Source: an uncultured Lachnospiraceae bacterium (GTDB lineage Bacteria > Bacillota > Clostridia > Lachnospirales > Lachnospiraceae). From it: a stretch of DNA of 64,000 nt. Both the position numbers and the translations under genes were made by a program. Positions 29,436 to 39,038 of this stretch are shown here, one piece after another; the stretch's first letter is position 1, and every line of letters begins with the position of its first letter. The stretch is from NCBI GenBank assembly GCA_964567585.1, contig CAZMND010000002.1, positions 7,592-71,591 of the forward strand, read 5' to 3'. The notes beneath the pieces were generated by a model. The model ran no database searches. It saw only the letters and a program-made list of their open reading frames with translations, and had not been told where the DNA came from.

Positions 29436-30065
29436 ATGCACACATTAAAAAGAATCGGCGTTTTTTTATTTGTTTTCGGAATTGCTTTTATGGCCGGGAT
29501 TTACAGCGAAAAGTTTATGAACTCTTTTTATCCTCACAGATATGAAAATGAGATAAACCCAATATCTGTTTCGAAGCCGGATAATAGTGAAGAAAACATA
29601 AAACCTGCCATACAGAGTGAAGAACTAATCACTGCGGATACAAAGCTTATTATTATAGAACACAATTTGGAGTCCGGGGAAGAAATTAAAGGCGAAAATG
29701 TGATGCCGACAAAATATATAGGACTTAACAGGGAGCGTTTTATAGAAGAAATGGAAATCTACGAAATATCTCCGGCGTTGTCAGATATAAAAAAAGGATT
29801 TAGAAGTCTTGCGGTTGTAAGTTTTTCGAGTAAAGAAATACAACTTCAGAAGAATTATTCGAACAGTGCGATTAAAATGCGTTTTTATATGGTGTCGAAA
29901 GATAATAAACTTGTTGTATATTACGAGGATATGGAAACCGTCTTTTTGACAACAGATATTTCAATGGAAAATCTCCCGGAAAATGTCAGACTGGAAATTT
30001 TAAATAAAAAGTACTTTGAATCGGAAGAAGAATTATATAATTTTCTTGAGTCTTATTCAAGTTAG
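29436..30065 (+). CDS. Membrane-anchored protein, possibly with a BofC C-terminal-like domain
   Basis: N-terminal TM. The C-terminal FYMVSKDNKLVVYYEDMETVFLTTDISMENLPENVRLEILNKKYFESEEELYNFLESYSS resembles the BofC_C pattern. Tentative. Confidence 0.35.
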   Translation: MHTLKRIGVFLFVFGIAFMAGIYSEKFMNSFYPHRYENEINPISVSKPDNSEENIKPAIQSEELITADTKLIIIEHNLESGEEIKGENVMPTKYIGLNRERFIEEMEIYEISPALSDIKKGFRSLAVVSFSSKEIQLQKNYSNSAIKMRFYMVSKDNKLVVYYEDMETVFLTTDISMENLPENVRLEILNKKYFESEEELYNFLESYSS

Positions 30066-30107
30066 TATTATAATTTGAAATAGTGAGTATTGTGGGAGGA
30101 GTCTGTA

Positions 30108-31346
30108 ATGCAGGTGAAAATTGCGGTAATAGGTGGCGGAGCCGCAGGTATGATGGCTGCAATTGCTGCGGCGAAAAAAGGCGCAGATGTAACTATCATA
30201 GAAGCGACCGGCCGTATTGGAAATAAAATATTGCTGACAGGTAATGGCAAGTGCAATTTTTCTAATCTTTTCTTGGATGAATCCTGCTATTATTGCAAGG
30301 ATAAAGAATTTTTGATGCGGTTATTTGAAAGATTTTCTGCCAAGGATGTTATGGCATTTTTTGAAGATGCAGGCATGCTTATAAAAAATAGAGACGGCTA
30401 TTTGTATCCGATTGGAGAGCAGGCATCCATCGTGCTTGATATTTTAAGGATGGAACTGAAAAAATTCGGTGTTTCAATTATAACCGAGAAAAAAGTAACT
30501 AAAGTTACGAAAGAAAAAGAGACATTCTTTGTATACACGGAAAATGATGAAGAATATTATTTTGATAAAGTGATTGTCACAACGGGTGGTAGAAGCTATC
30601 CAAAAACCGGTTCTGACGGAAGCGGTTATAAGCTTGCAAAGAAAATGGGACATCGCATAATACCTACGGTTCCGGCGCTTGTACAGCTTGTGGGACGTGA
30701 TGATTTTTATAAAATGATAGCAGGAGTCCGTACGGAAGGAAGTGTTTCCATATATGTAGATGAGGTACTTGTCCGTATGGAACAGGGCGAAATACAATTT
30801 ACGGATTATGGTATTTCCGGAATTCCGGTATTTCAACTTAGCAGACTGGTGTCTTATGGCTTGTTTGAACAGAAAAATGTGAAAATAATTGCAGATGTGT
30901 TGCCGGAATTAAAATTGGATGAATTAAAAAGTATGGTAGATACACGTCTTATATTACATAAAGAGAATACATTGGAAGAATTTATGTGCGGACTTGCCAA
31001 TAAGAAGCTATGTCTTTGGGCTATCAAACAAGCGGGATGTAAACCGGCAGATATTGTAAAAAGTAAGTCGCCAAAAGAACTTTTTGAAATAGTAAAGCAA
31101 CTTAAGAATATTGTATTTAATATTATAGATACAAAGGGCTATGCAACAGCACAGGTAACTGCCGGTGGTGTGGATGTTTGTGAACTGGATGAAAACTTGC
31201 AGTCAAAGTTTGTGAAGGGCTTATATTTTGCAGGGGAAATAGTGGATGTTGACGGTATTTGCGGAGGATATAATCTTCAGTGGGCATTTGCCGGCGGATA
31301 TTTGGCAGGCTGTGATGCCGCCACAGAAAAGGTAAATAACAGATAA
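30108..31346 (+). CDS. HI0933/YhiN-family FAD flavoprotein (aminoacetone-oxidase-like)
   Basis: RBS GGGAGGAG before ATG 30108. Dinucleotide fold VIGGGAAGMMAAIAAAKKG. Also GNKILLTGNGKCNFSN and a C-terminal GLYFAGEIVDVDGICGGYNLQWAF. Confidence 0.85.
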   Translation: MQVKIAVIGGGAAGMMAAIAAAKKGADVTIIEATGRIGNKILLTGNGKCNFSNLFLDESCYYCKDKEFLMRLFERFSAKDVMAFFEDAGMLIKNRDGYLYPIGEQASIVLDILRMELKKFGVSIITEKKVTKVTKEKETFFVYTENDEEYYFDKVIVTTGGRSYPKTGSDGSGYKLAKKMGHRIIPTVPALVQLVGRDDFYKMIAGVRTEGSVSIYVDEVLVRMEQGEIQFTDYGISGIPVFQLSRLVSYGLFEQKNVKIIADVLPELKLDELKSMVDTRLILHKENTLEEFMCGLANKKLCLWAIKQAGCKPADIVKSKSPKELFEIVKQLKNIVFNIIDTKGYATAQVTAGGVDVCELDENLQSKFVKGLYFAGEIVDVDGICGGYNLQWAFAGGYLAGCDAATEKVNNR

Positions 31347-31347
31347 T

Positions 31348-32973
31348 ATGATTCGGATTTCGCAGTTAAAATTAGAGGTAAACCACACTGAGAAACAGCT
31401 TGTTTCAAAAATATGTAAAACGCTTCGCATTAATGAGGATATGCTGACAGACTATCAGATTCAGAAGTTGTCCATTGATGCCAGAAAAAAGCCGCAAATT
31501 TTTTACATATATGTTGTGGATGTTAAAGTTAATAATGAAAAACAGGTACTTGCAAAAGTAAAAGATAACAATGTACAAAAAATAGTGAAAGACCCCTATG
31601 CTTTTGTATGCTCCGGAAAAGAAAAACTTCCCTTTAGACCGGTAGTTATCGGTTCCGGACCGGCGGGGCTTTTCTGCGCTTATATGCTTTCCCAAAACGG
31701 TTATTGCCCGATATTGTTGGAACAGGGCGAGGATGTAGATAAACGAAGTAAAACCGTGGAGGAATTTTGGACCAAAGGGGTTTTAAAAAAGTATTCCAAT
31801 GTACAGTTTGGTGAAGGCGGAGCGGGTACTTTTTCGGATGGAAAATTAAATACTTTGGTAAAGGACAAGTACGGAAGAAACAAAAAGGTTTTGGAGGTAT
31901 TTGTAGAAAACGGTGCGCCGGAAAATATTTTATACGAAGCCAAGCCGCACATTGGGACGGATATTTTAAAAACAGTGGTTAAAAACATGAGAAACCGCAT
32001 CAGAGAATGGGGCGGGGACGTTTTGTTTGAAAAACTGGTTACGGACATTGAGTTTGAAAAAAACGCTGTGAAAAGTGTTATTGTCAACGGCAAAGAAGTA
32101 TTAGAAACAAATTGTGTTGTTTTGGCAATTGGTCACAGTGCAAGAGACACTTTTGAAATGTTGTATCAGAAGGGCGTTGTAATGGAATCCAAGGAATTTG
32201 CGGTAGGTTTTCGCGTGGAACATCCGCAAAAACTGATTAATACTGAAATGTATGGCAGTCAGATGGCTGATAAATTACCGCCTGCACCATACAAAGTGAC
32301 GGCAAAAACATCTTTAGGGAGAGGTGTTTATTCTTTCTGTATGTGCCCGGGAGGCTATGTGGTGAACGCATCCAGCGAAGAAAAAAAGCTGGCCATTAAT
32401 GGTATGAGTTACAGTAAAAGAGACAGTAAAAGCGCAAACAGTGCGATTATTATTTCGGTTACCAGGGAAGACTTTGAGTCGGATAATCCGCTGGCGGGTA
32501 TAGAATTTCAGCGAAGAATTGAAGAGAAGGCTTATAAACTTGGCGAAGGCAGTATTCCGTATTGCACCTATGGGCAACTTTGCGATTCAATGGGCGCAAA
32601 AAACGTTTTAAAAGGCCAAAATACGGATTGTTTTACGGGATTCGAGAGAAATACCAAGGGGAACGCAAAAAAAGCCGATTTGGGTAGTTTTTTCAAAGAG
32701 GATATGATGCAAGGTTTTGTGGAAGGAATGAGTCATTTTGATAAAATTATTCCGGGCTTTGCACACCCTGAAACAAAAATATATGCAGTGGAAAGCCGGA
32801 CATCGTCACCTGTACGCATTATAAGGGATAACGAAACACTTACAAGTAATTTTGACGGTTTATATCCTTGCGGAGAAGGTGCGGGCTACGCCGGCGGAAT
32901 CACCTCGGCAGGAATGGACGGCATTAAAGTGGCAGAAAAAATTGCCTCAATATATAGACCTATAAAGGAGTAA
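31348..32973 (+). CDS. FAD-dependent oxidoreductase (COG2509-like uncharacterised dehydrogenase)
   Basis: VVIGSGPAGLFCAYML, FGEGGAGTFSDGKLNT and a C-terminal LYPCGEGAGYAGGI. Confidence 0.8.
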   Translation: MIRISQLKLEVNHTEKQLVSKICKTLRINEDMLTDYQIQKLSIDARKKPQIFYIYVVDVKVNNEKQVLAKVKDNNVQKIVKDPYAFVCSGKEKLPFRPVVIGSGPAGLFCAYMLSQNGYCPILLEQGEDVDKRSKTVEEFWTKGVLKKYSNVQFGEGGAGTFSDGKLNTLVKDKYGRNKKVLEVFVENGAPENILYEAKPHIGTDILKTVVKNMRNRIREWGGDVLFEKLVTDIEFEKNAVKSVIVNGKEVLETNCVVLAIGHSARDTFEMLYQKGVVMESKEFAVGFRVEHPQKLINTEMYGSQMADKLPPAPYKVTAKTSLGRGVYSFCMCPGGYVVNASSEEKKLAINGMSYSKRDSKSANSAIIISVTREDFESDNPLAGIEFQRRIEEKAYKLGEGSIPYCTYGQLCDSMGAKNVLKGQNTDCFTGFERNTKGNAKKADLGSFFKEDMMQGFVEGMSHFDKIIPGFAHPETKIYAVESRTSSPVRIIRDNETLTSNFDGLYPCGEGAGYAGGITSAGMDGIKVAEKIASIYRPIKE

Positions 32974-32977
32974 AATC

Positions 32978-33829
32978 ATGAATGCATTTCGTGAAAAATT
33001 AAAAGATAAAAAGAGAATTGTTATTAAGATTGGTTCTTCCTCTTTACAACACGCTACAGGGGAACTGGACTACGGAAAGATGGACATTTTTGTCAGGGAA
33101 CTTTGTAACCTGAAAAACCAGGGGAAAGAAGTTGTTCTTGTTACTTCGGGAGCTGTTGCGGCAGGAAGAAAAGCAGTCGGTATCAGCAAAAAAGACCAGG
33201 AAGCCTGCGAAAATTCCATGGCAATCAAACAGGCCTGTGCCGCAATCGGACAGGCGAGACTGATGATGATTTATGAAAAACTTTTTGCAGAATACAACCA
33301 GTTAACTGCGCAGATTCTTATGACCAAATATACCATTATGGACAAGGAAAGCAATGAAAATGCACATAATACATTTGTCCAACTTTTAAAAATGGGGGTT
33401 ATTCCGATTGTAAACGAAAACGATACCGTTGCTACTGACGAACTTGGAATCGGCGATAATGATACGTTGTCTGCCATAGTTGCCAATTTGGTAGGGGCAG
33501 ATTTGTTGATTTTGTTATCGGATATTGATGGATTATACTCTGACGATCCAAGACAAAATGAGAATGCGAAATTTATTCATTTGGTTGAGAATTTAACCGA
33601 AGAATACGAAAATATGGCAAAAGAATCTACAGGAAGCAGTGTAGGCACGGGCGGTATGAATACGAAATTAACTGCGGCCAAAATTGCCACAAAATCCGGA
33701 GCGGATATGATTATTGCCAACAGTGCGGATGTAAAGATTTTAGGGCGCCTTGTAAGCGGATGCGAAGAAGGCACACTTTTTGTCGGAAAGAAAGACGCCG
33801 ACTTTGATATGAAAGAATATATAAAATAA
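32978..33829 (+). CDS. proB: Glutamate 5-kinase (short form, no PUA domain)
   Basis: IVIKIGSSSL, VLVTSGAVAAG, IPIVNENDTV, GDNDTLSA and GTGGMNTKL. At 283 aa it ends before any PUA domain. Confidence 0.9.
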   Translation: MNAFREKLKDKKRIVIKIGSSSLQHATGELDYGKMDIFVRELCNLKNQGKEVVLVTSGAVAAGRKAVGISKKDQEACENSMAIKQACAAIGQARLMMIYEKLFAEYNQLTAQILMTKYTIMDKESNENAHNTFVQLLKMGVIPIVNENDTVATDELGIGDNDTLSAIVANLVGADLLILLSDIDGLYSDDPRQNENAKFIHLVENLTEEYENMAKESTGSSVGTGGMNTKLTAAKIATKSGADMIIANSADVKILGRLVSGCEEGTLFVGKKDADFDMKEYIK

Positions 33830-33844
33830 TTTGAGGTAAAAGTT

Positions 33845-34072
33845 ATGGATAAAATAGTTGCCAGAATTAATGAACTGTATCGTAAAAAAGAAACAGTAGG
33901 TCTTACTGCTGAGGAGAATGAGGAAAGAACAAGATTGTTTGAAGAATACAGAGTTCTTTTCCGTCAGTCTATAAGAAGTCAGCTCAATAATATTGATATT
34001 GAAAACGAAGATGGTACCATCGTAAATTTAGGTGAGAAATTCGGAAATAAAAACAATGAAGACGTACACTAA
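33845..34072 (+). CDS. DUF896/UPF0291 (YnzC-like) small protein
   Basis: INELYRKKETVGLTAEENEERTRLFEEYRVLFRQSIRSQL matches the family pattern. Confidence 0.75.
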   Translation: MDKIVARINELYRKKETVGLTAEENEERTRLFEEYRVLFRQSIRSQLNNIDIENEDGTIVNLGEKFGNKNNEDVH

Positions 34073-34625
34073 AGAAATTCTTGATAAAAGAAAACAATTA
34101 TCCAAGGAAAATTATGAAACCTTTTCAAAAATAATCTGTCAAAGAACAGAAGAACTGGACGAATACAGGAACGCAGAAAATGTACTTCTTTTTTACCCTT
34201 ATTTAGGTGAAGTGGATATGCTTCCCTTGGCAAATAAGGCTTTTTCGGAAGGAAAATATGTTTATTTTCCGAAAGTGACAGATTATGCTTCTATGGATTT
34301 TATTAAAGTAAACAGCCTTAGTGAATTTGAAGAAGGATATAAAGGCATTAAAGAGCCAAAAGGGAATGTGATTTTCGATAAGAATACTATTAATACACGG
34401 ACGATTATGATTTTACCGGGAAGTGTATTTGATGTATTTGGGAACCGCGCCGGTTATGGAAAAGGATATTATGACAGATATTTAAAAGCGTGTCATAACG
34501 ACATCACGAAGGTGGGAGTTTGTTTTTGTTTGCAGATACTTCCCAAAATTCCGGATGTAAATGTATGGGACATTCCTATGGATTATGTAATAAACGAAGA
34601 AAATGTAATTAGGAGAGTGAAATAG
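34056..34625 (+). CDS. 5-formyltetrahydrofolate cyclo-ligase (MTHFS)
   Basis: ILPGSVFDVFGNRAGYGKGYYDRYL is the hallmark motif (G-x-R-h-G-x-G-x-G-Y-Y-D-R). Start chosen at ATG 34056, a 17-nt overlap with the upstream gene. Confidence 0.85.
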   Translation: MKTYTKEILDKRKQLSKENYETFSKIICQRTEELDEYRNAENVLLFYPYLGEVDMLPLANKAFSEGKYVYFPKVTDYASMDFIKVNSLSEFEEGYKGIKEPKGNVIFDKNTINTRTIMILPGSVFDVFGNRAGYGKGYYDRYLKACHNDITKVGVCFCLQILPKIPDVNVWDIPMDYVINEENVIRRVK

Positions 34626-35873
34626 ATGGATATGTTAATTGAAATCGGGAAACGGGCAAAAGCTGCAAAATATGATGTGCAAAAATATACAACAAAAATG
34701 AAAAATGAGGCACTTATACATATTGCGGAAAAGTTGGTTGCCTGTAGTGAAGACATTTTAAAGGCAAACCAAATGGATATTGATAAGGCAAAAGATAACG
34801 GAATTCATGATGGGATGATTGACAGGCTCTCTCTATCAGTAAGCAGAATTGAAGCGATGGCTGAAGGGTTGAAACAGATTGCCGATTTGCCGGATTATGT
34901 AGGGGATGTTATGGAAGAATTTTCTCACAAAAATGGAATGAAAATCCGTAAAGTGAGAGTTCCGCTCGGGGTAATCGGAATCATTTTTGAATCCAGACCA
35001 AATGTAACCGCAGATGCTTTCGGACTTTGCTTTAAATCCGGAAATTCCGTGATTTTAAAGGGCGGAAAGGAAGCTATTTACTCAAATATTGCCATTACCA
35101 AGGTTATCAGAGAAGGTTTAAAAGAGAAGAATTTGAATGAAGATGCGGTTATTTTAATTGAAAATACAGACCGCGAAGTGACAGGCCGATTTATGAAGCT
35201 TAAAGAATATGTAGATGTTTTAATTCCACGCGGAGGAGCAGGACTTATTAAAGCTGTGGTTGAAAACAGCACCATTCCGGTAATTGAAACAGGTACGGGA
35301 AACTGTCATATTTATGTAGATGAATCGGCAGACTTGACCAAGGCAGTCAACATAATTAATAACGCTAAAACACAGAGAATCAGTGTATGTAATGCATGTG
35401 AATCTTTGGTGGTACATAAAAATGTTGCAGAAAAACTTATGCCGATGGTGAAAGCTGCATTAAGTCATGCGGATGTGGAATACCGTTGTGATGAAATGTC
35501 AAAACAATTTACCATAGACGCTTTTGATGCTACGGAAGAAGACTATGGAAGAGAGTATTTGGATTACATTTTATCCGTAAAAACAGTAGATGGCGTGGAA
35601 GAGGCGGTAGAACATATTAATAAATACAATACCGGCCATTCAGATGCGATTATTACGGAAAGTAAAGAGAATGCACAGTATTTCTTAAACAATGTGGATT
35701 CAGCCTGCGTATATGTAAATGCTTCCACCAGATTTACGGATGGTTTTGAATTTGGTTTTGGCGCAGAAATCGGTATCAGTACGCAGAAATTACATGCCAG
35801 AGGACCAATGGGACTTAGGGAATTGACGGCATATAAATATCAGGTTATCGGTAACGGAGAAATCAGAGGTTAA
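34626..35873 (+). CDS. proA: Gamma-glutamyl phosphate reductase
   Basis: VPLGVIGIIFESRPNVT, ILKGGKEA, IPRGGAGLI, TGNCHIYVD, CNACESLVVH and HSDAIIT. Confidence 0.92.
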   Translation: MDMLIEIGKRAKAAKYDVQKYTTKMKNEALIHIAEKLVACSEDILKANQMDIDKAKDNGIHDGMIDRLSLSVSRIEAMAEGLKQIADLPDYVGDVMEEFSHKNGMKIRKVRVPLGVIGIIFESRPNVTADAFGLCFKSGNSVILKGGKEAIYSNIAITKVIREGLKEKNLNEDAVILIENTDREVTGRFMKLKEYVDVLIPRGGAGLIKAVVENSTIPVIETGTGNCHIYVDESADLTKAVNIINNAKTQRISVCNACESLVVHKNVAEKLMPMVKAALSHADVEYRCDEMSKQFTIDAFDATEEDYGREYLDYILSVKTVDGVEEAVEHINKYNTGHSDAIITESKENAQYFLNNVDSACVYVNASTRFTDGFEFGFGAEIGISTQKLHARGPMGLRELTAYKYQVIGNGEIRG

Positions 35874-35881
35874 GGATTATT

Positions 35882-37495
35882 ATGGAAATCAATCAATTTT
35901 TATCAGGGCACGGCGGAATTGATATGGGTAAACTTTTTTACTATGAAAATGTAAAAGCTTATCCGGTTATGACAAAATGCGAAGATGTTGAGGCGGAAAT
36001 TGAACTTTTAAATAAAGCAGTACAGGACTGTATGAAGGAATTATCTATTCTTTCCAAAATGGCTTTAGAGAAAAATAATATAAACGAAGCTAAAATTTTT
36101 GCAGCCCATGAAATGTTACTTCGTGATGAGGTGATTTTAAACCGTATTACTGAGTTTATTAAGAATTATTCATGTAATGTTCAGTTTGCTGTGTGGAAGG
36201 TGTGTCAGCAGATTTGCGTGGAACTTAGCAAGTTACTGGATACTCTTGTTATTGAGAGAATTGATGATATTAATGATGTGTGCGAACGCGTTCTGCGTAT
36301 TTTAAATCATCAGAAAAACTCTACGCTGCAGTTTGAAGAACCTGTTATTATTGTAGCTAATTCTTTAACACCAAGCGAAGTTTTAATGTTTAGTCAGGAA
36401 AATGTAATCGGTATCGTGACGCATCATGGCGGTTTTACATCTCATGTATCCCTTATGGCGGCCGAACGTAACATTCCATATCTGTTTGGTGGTGAAATAA
36501 ACAGCCAGTGGCAGGGAAAGAGTGGAATTATTGACGGTGAAAGCGGAAAATTGCTTATTTCACCGGATGAATCCGCATATCTTTTATACAAAAAAGAAAA
36601 AGAGAAATATTTGCATTCGCATAACGCATTAAAAGAATATGCCGGTTTACCGACTGTTACAAAATCAGGAAAGAAAATAGGTCTTTTTGCCAATATCGGT
36701 CATGTTCAGGAAGTTAAAAATGTAATTGATCAGGATGGAGAAGGAATTGGACTTTACAGAACAGAATATGACTTTTTAACAAGCTCACATATGCCTACGG
36801 AAGAAGAACTTTTGGCTATTTACACCAAACTCAGCGAATCTATGCCTGCCAGCAGTATTGTTATCAGAACGATGGACTTGGGTTCGGATAAGGTTTTACC
36901 ATATCTTTACCACGAAGCGGAAGATAATCCGGCTATGGGATGTAGAGGAATTCGTTTTTGCTTTAAGCATAAAGAAATGTTTAAAGCCCAGTTGAAAGCC
37001 ATTTATAGGGCAAATTTTCTTGGAAATTTTAAAGTTTTATATCCAATGATTTCCTGTTTTGATGATGTGGAAAAAATTAAAGAAATCAATGAAGAAATAA
37101 AAAATGAACTGGTAAATGAAGGTAAAAAATTTATGGTTCCGAAGCAGGGACTTATGATTGAAACACCTGCGGCAGTTATGATTTCTAAGGAATTGGCAAA
37201 GGAAGTGGATTTCTTTAGTATCGGAACAAACGACCTGACACAGTACGCCCTTGCCATTGACAGATTGAATCCTTCTGTGGCAGAATATTACACTACCTGC
37301 AACTTAAGTATTATGCGACTGATTGAATACACGGTTAGAAGTGCACATTCGGTTGGAATACCGGTTTGTATCTGTGGTGAATTGGCAGGTAATACCCAAT
37401 ATACAAAAGATTTCATTGATATCGGCGTGGACGAATTGTCGGTAAGCCCACAGTTTGTTTTAGCCCTTCGAAAACATATTAGAGATTTAGATTAG
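35882..37495 (+). CDS. ptsI: Phosphoenolpyruvate-protein phosphotransferase (PTS enzyme I)
   Basis: Phospho-His region GGFTSHVSLMAAERNIPYL. Also GLYRTEYDF, IVIRTMDLGSDK, IETPAAV, FFSIGTNDLTQYALAIDR and ICGELAG. The start could be a few codons downstream. Confidence 0.85.
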   Translation: MEINQFLSGHGGIDMGKLFYYENVKAYPVMTKCEDVEAEIELLNKAVQDCMKELSILSKMALEKNNINEAKIFAAHEMLLRDEVILNRITEFIKNYSCNVQFAVWKVCQQICVELSKLLDTLVIERIDDINDVCERVLRILNHQKNSTLQFEEPVIIVANSLTPSEVLMFSQENVIGIVTHHGGFTSHVSLMAAERNIPYLFGGEINSQWQGKSGIIDGESGKLLISPDESAYLLYKKEKEKYLHSHNALKEYAGLPTVTKSGKKIGLFANIGHVQEVKNVIDQDGEGIGLYRTEYDFLTSSHMPTEEELLAIYTKLSESMPASSIVIRTMDLGSDKVLPYLYHEAEDNPAMGCRGIRFCFKHKEMFKAQLKAIYRANFLGNFKVLYPMISCFDDVEKIKEINEEIKNELVNEGKKFMVPKQGLMIETPAAVMISKELAKEVDFFSIGTNDLTQYALAIDRLNPSVAEYYTTCNLSIMRLIEYTVRSAHSVGIPVCICGELAGNTQYTKDFIDIGVDELSVSPQFVLALRKHIRDLD

Positions 37496-37503
37496 GAGAA
37501 TAT

Positions 37504-38913
37504 ATGAATCAATTAACAAATGAAACAAAGTTGCAATATGAGTTTATGGATAAAGCAGCTGTTTATGTAAAAAAATTAGAAGAAGAACTTGGCAGAAAAC
37601 CTACATGTTGTGTGACCACTTTCGGTTGTCAGATGAATGCAAGGGATTCGGAAAAATTGGTCGGTATTTTAGAAAATGTAGGCTATGAACTTATAGAAGA
37701 AGAAACGGCAGATTTTGTTATTTACAATACCTGTACGGTTCGTGACAACGCAAATCAACGAGTTTACGGACGTCTTGGAGCACTCCAGCCGCAGAAAAAG
37801 AAAAATCCTTACAAAAAAATTGCACTTTGCGGTTGTATGATGCAGGAACCATCTGTAATTGAAAAATTGAGAAAAAGCTATCGTTTTGTGGATTTGATTT
37901 TCGGTACACATAACATTTATAAATTTGCCGAATTGCTGGTAAGAATGTTTGAAGCGGACGGTATGGTAATAGATATCTGGGAAGATACGGATAAAATTGT
38001 AGAAGATTTACCTGTAGAAAGAAAATTTGCATTCAAATCCGGAATCAATATTATGTTTGGCTGTAATAATTTCTGCAGCTACTGTATTGTACCGTATGTT
38101 CGCGGAAGAGAAAGAAGCCGTGAGCCAAAGGATATTATCAGGGAAATTGAAAGTCTTGTAAAAGATGGTGTCGTGGAAATTATGCTCCTTGGACAAAACG
38201 TAAATTCCTATGGTAAAAATCTGGAAAACCCGATGACTTTTGCTCAGCTTTTACAGGAAATTGAAAAAATTGAAGGTCTTCAGAGAATTCGTTTTATGAC
38301 TTCCCATCCAAAGGATTTGTCTGATGAACTGATTGAAGTGATGAAAAACTCCAAGAAAATCTGCAGACATTTGCATTTGCCGCTTCAGTCCGGTTCAAGC
38401 CGTATTTTAAGTGCTATGAATCGCCGTTACGACAAAGAAAAATACGTGGAATTGGCATTGAAAATCCGTAAGGAAATTCCGGATATCGCACTGACTACAG
38501 ATATTATGGTTGGTTTTCCGGGAGAAACCGATGAGGATGTGAATGATACCATTGATGTAATTAAAAAAGTGCAGTATGAAAATGCCTTTACGTTTATTTA
38601 TTCCAAACGTACGGGAACGCCGGCTGCGGCTATGGAAAATCAAGTGCCGGAGACGATAGTAAAAAGGAATTTTGACCGTGTTTTAAGCACGGTACAGGAG
38701 ATGGCAAGAGAAAGAGTCAGTCTTTTAGAAGGAAAAACGATGTCGGCACTTGTGGAAGAAATGAACGAACACGATTCGTCCCTTGTAACGGGAAGATTAT
38801 CCAACAACATTATTGTACATTTCCCGGGTGATGAAAGCTTAGTTGGTTCCATTGTAGATGTTGTACTGGATGAGTGTCATGGATTTTATTATGTAGGACA
38901 TATGGCGAAATAA
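37504..38913 (+). CDS. miaB: tRNA (i6A37) methylthiotransferase MiaB
   Basis: N-terminal Cys triad (TFGCQMN...NTCTVR...CGC). Radical-SAM motif CNNFCSYCIVPYVRGRERS. C-terminal TRAM domain. Confidence 0.92.
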   Translation: MNQLTNETKLQYEFMDKAAVYVKKLEEELGRKPTCCVTTFGCQMNARDSEKLVGILENVGYELIEEETADFVIYNTCTVRDNANQRVYGRLGALQPQKKKNPYKKIALCGCMMQEPSVIEKLRKSYRFVDLIFGTHNIYKFAELLVRMFEADGMVIDIWEDTDKIVEDLPVERKFAFKSGINIMFGCNNFCSYCIVPYVRGRERSREPKDIIREIESLVKDGVVEIMLLGQNVNSYGKNLENPMTFAQLLQEIEKIEGLQRIRFMTSHPKDLSDELIEVMKNSKKICRHLHLPLQSGSSRILSAMNRRYDKEKYVELALKIRKEIPDIALTTDIMVGFPGETDEDVNDTIDVIKKVQYENAFTFIYSKRTGTPAAAMENQVPETIVKRNFDRVLSTVQEMARERVSLLEGKTMSALVEEMNEHDSSLVTGRLSNNIIVHFPGDESLVGSIVDVVLDECHGFYYVGHMAK

Positions 38914-38982
38914 TCGGATTTAATTTTGCAAAATCTTGTATATTTTGACATTGAAAATGCATAAATAAAGGAATAATATAAA

Positions 38983-39017
38983 ACTCGTGTGGATGTAAAA
39001 ATTCATACGAGTTTTTT
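38983..39017 (+). terminator. Rho-independent terminator hairpin between miaB and sulP
   Basis: Stem ACTCGTGTG / CATACGAGT (9 bp, one G-U pair), 12-nt loop, T6 tract. It ends only ~9 nt before the sulP RBS. Confidence 0.65.
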
Positions 39018-39038
39018 ACATATATGAGGAGAAAAACA

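Noticed and set aside
38945-38979. Sigma-A promoter for sulP based on the TTGACA hexamer
   Set aside because: No acceptable -10 lies at 16-18 nt spacing (AAGGAA at 17 nt, and TAATAT only at 23 nt). It is kept only as a remark in the findings.
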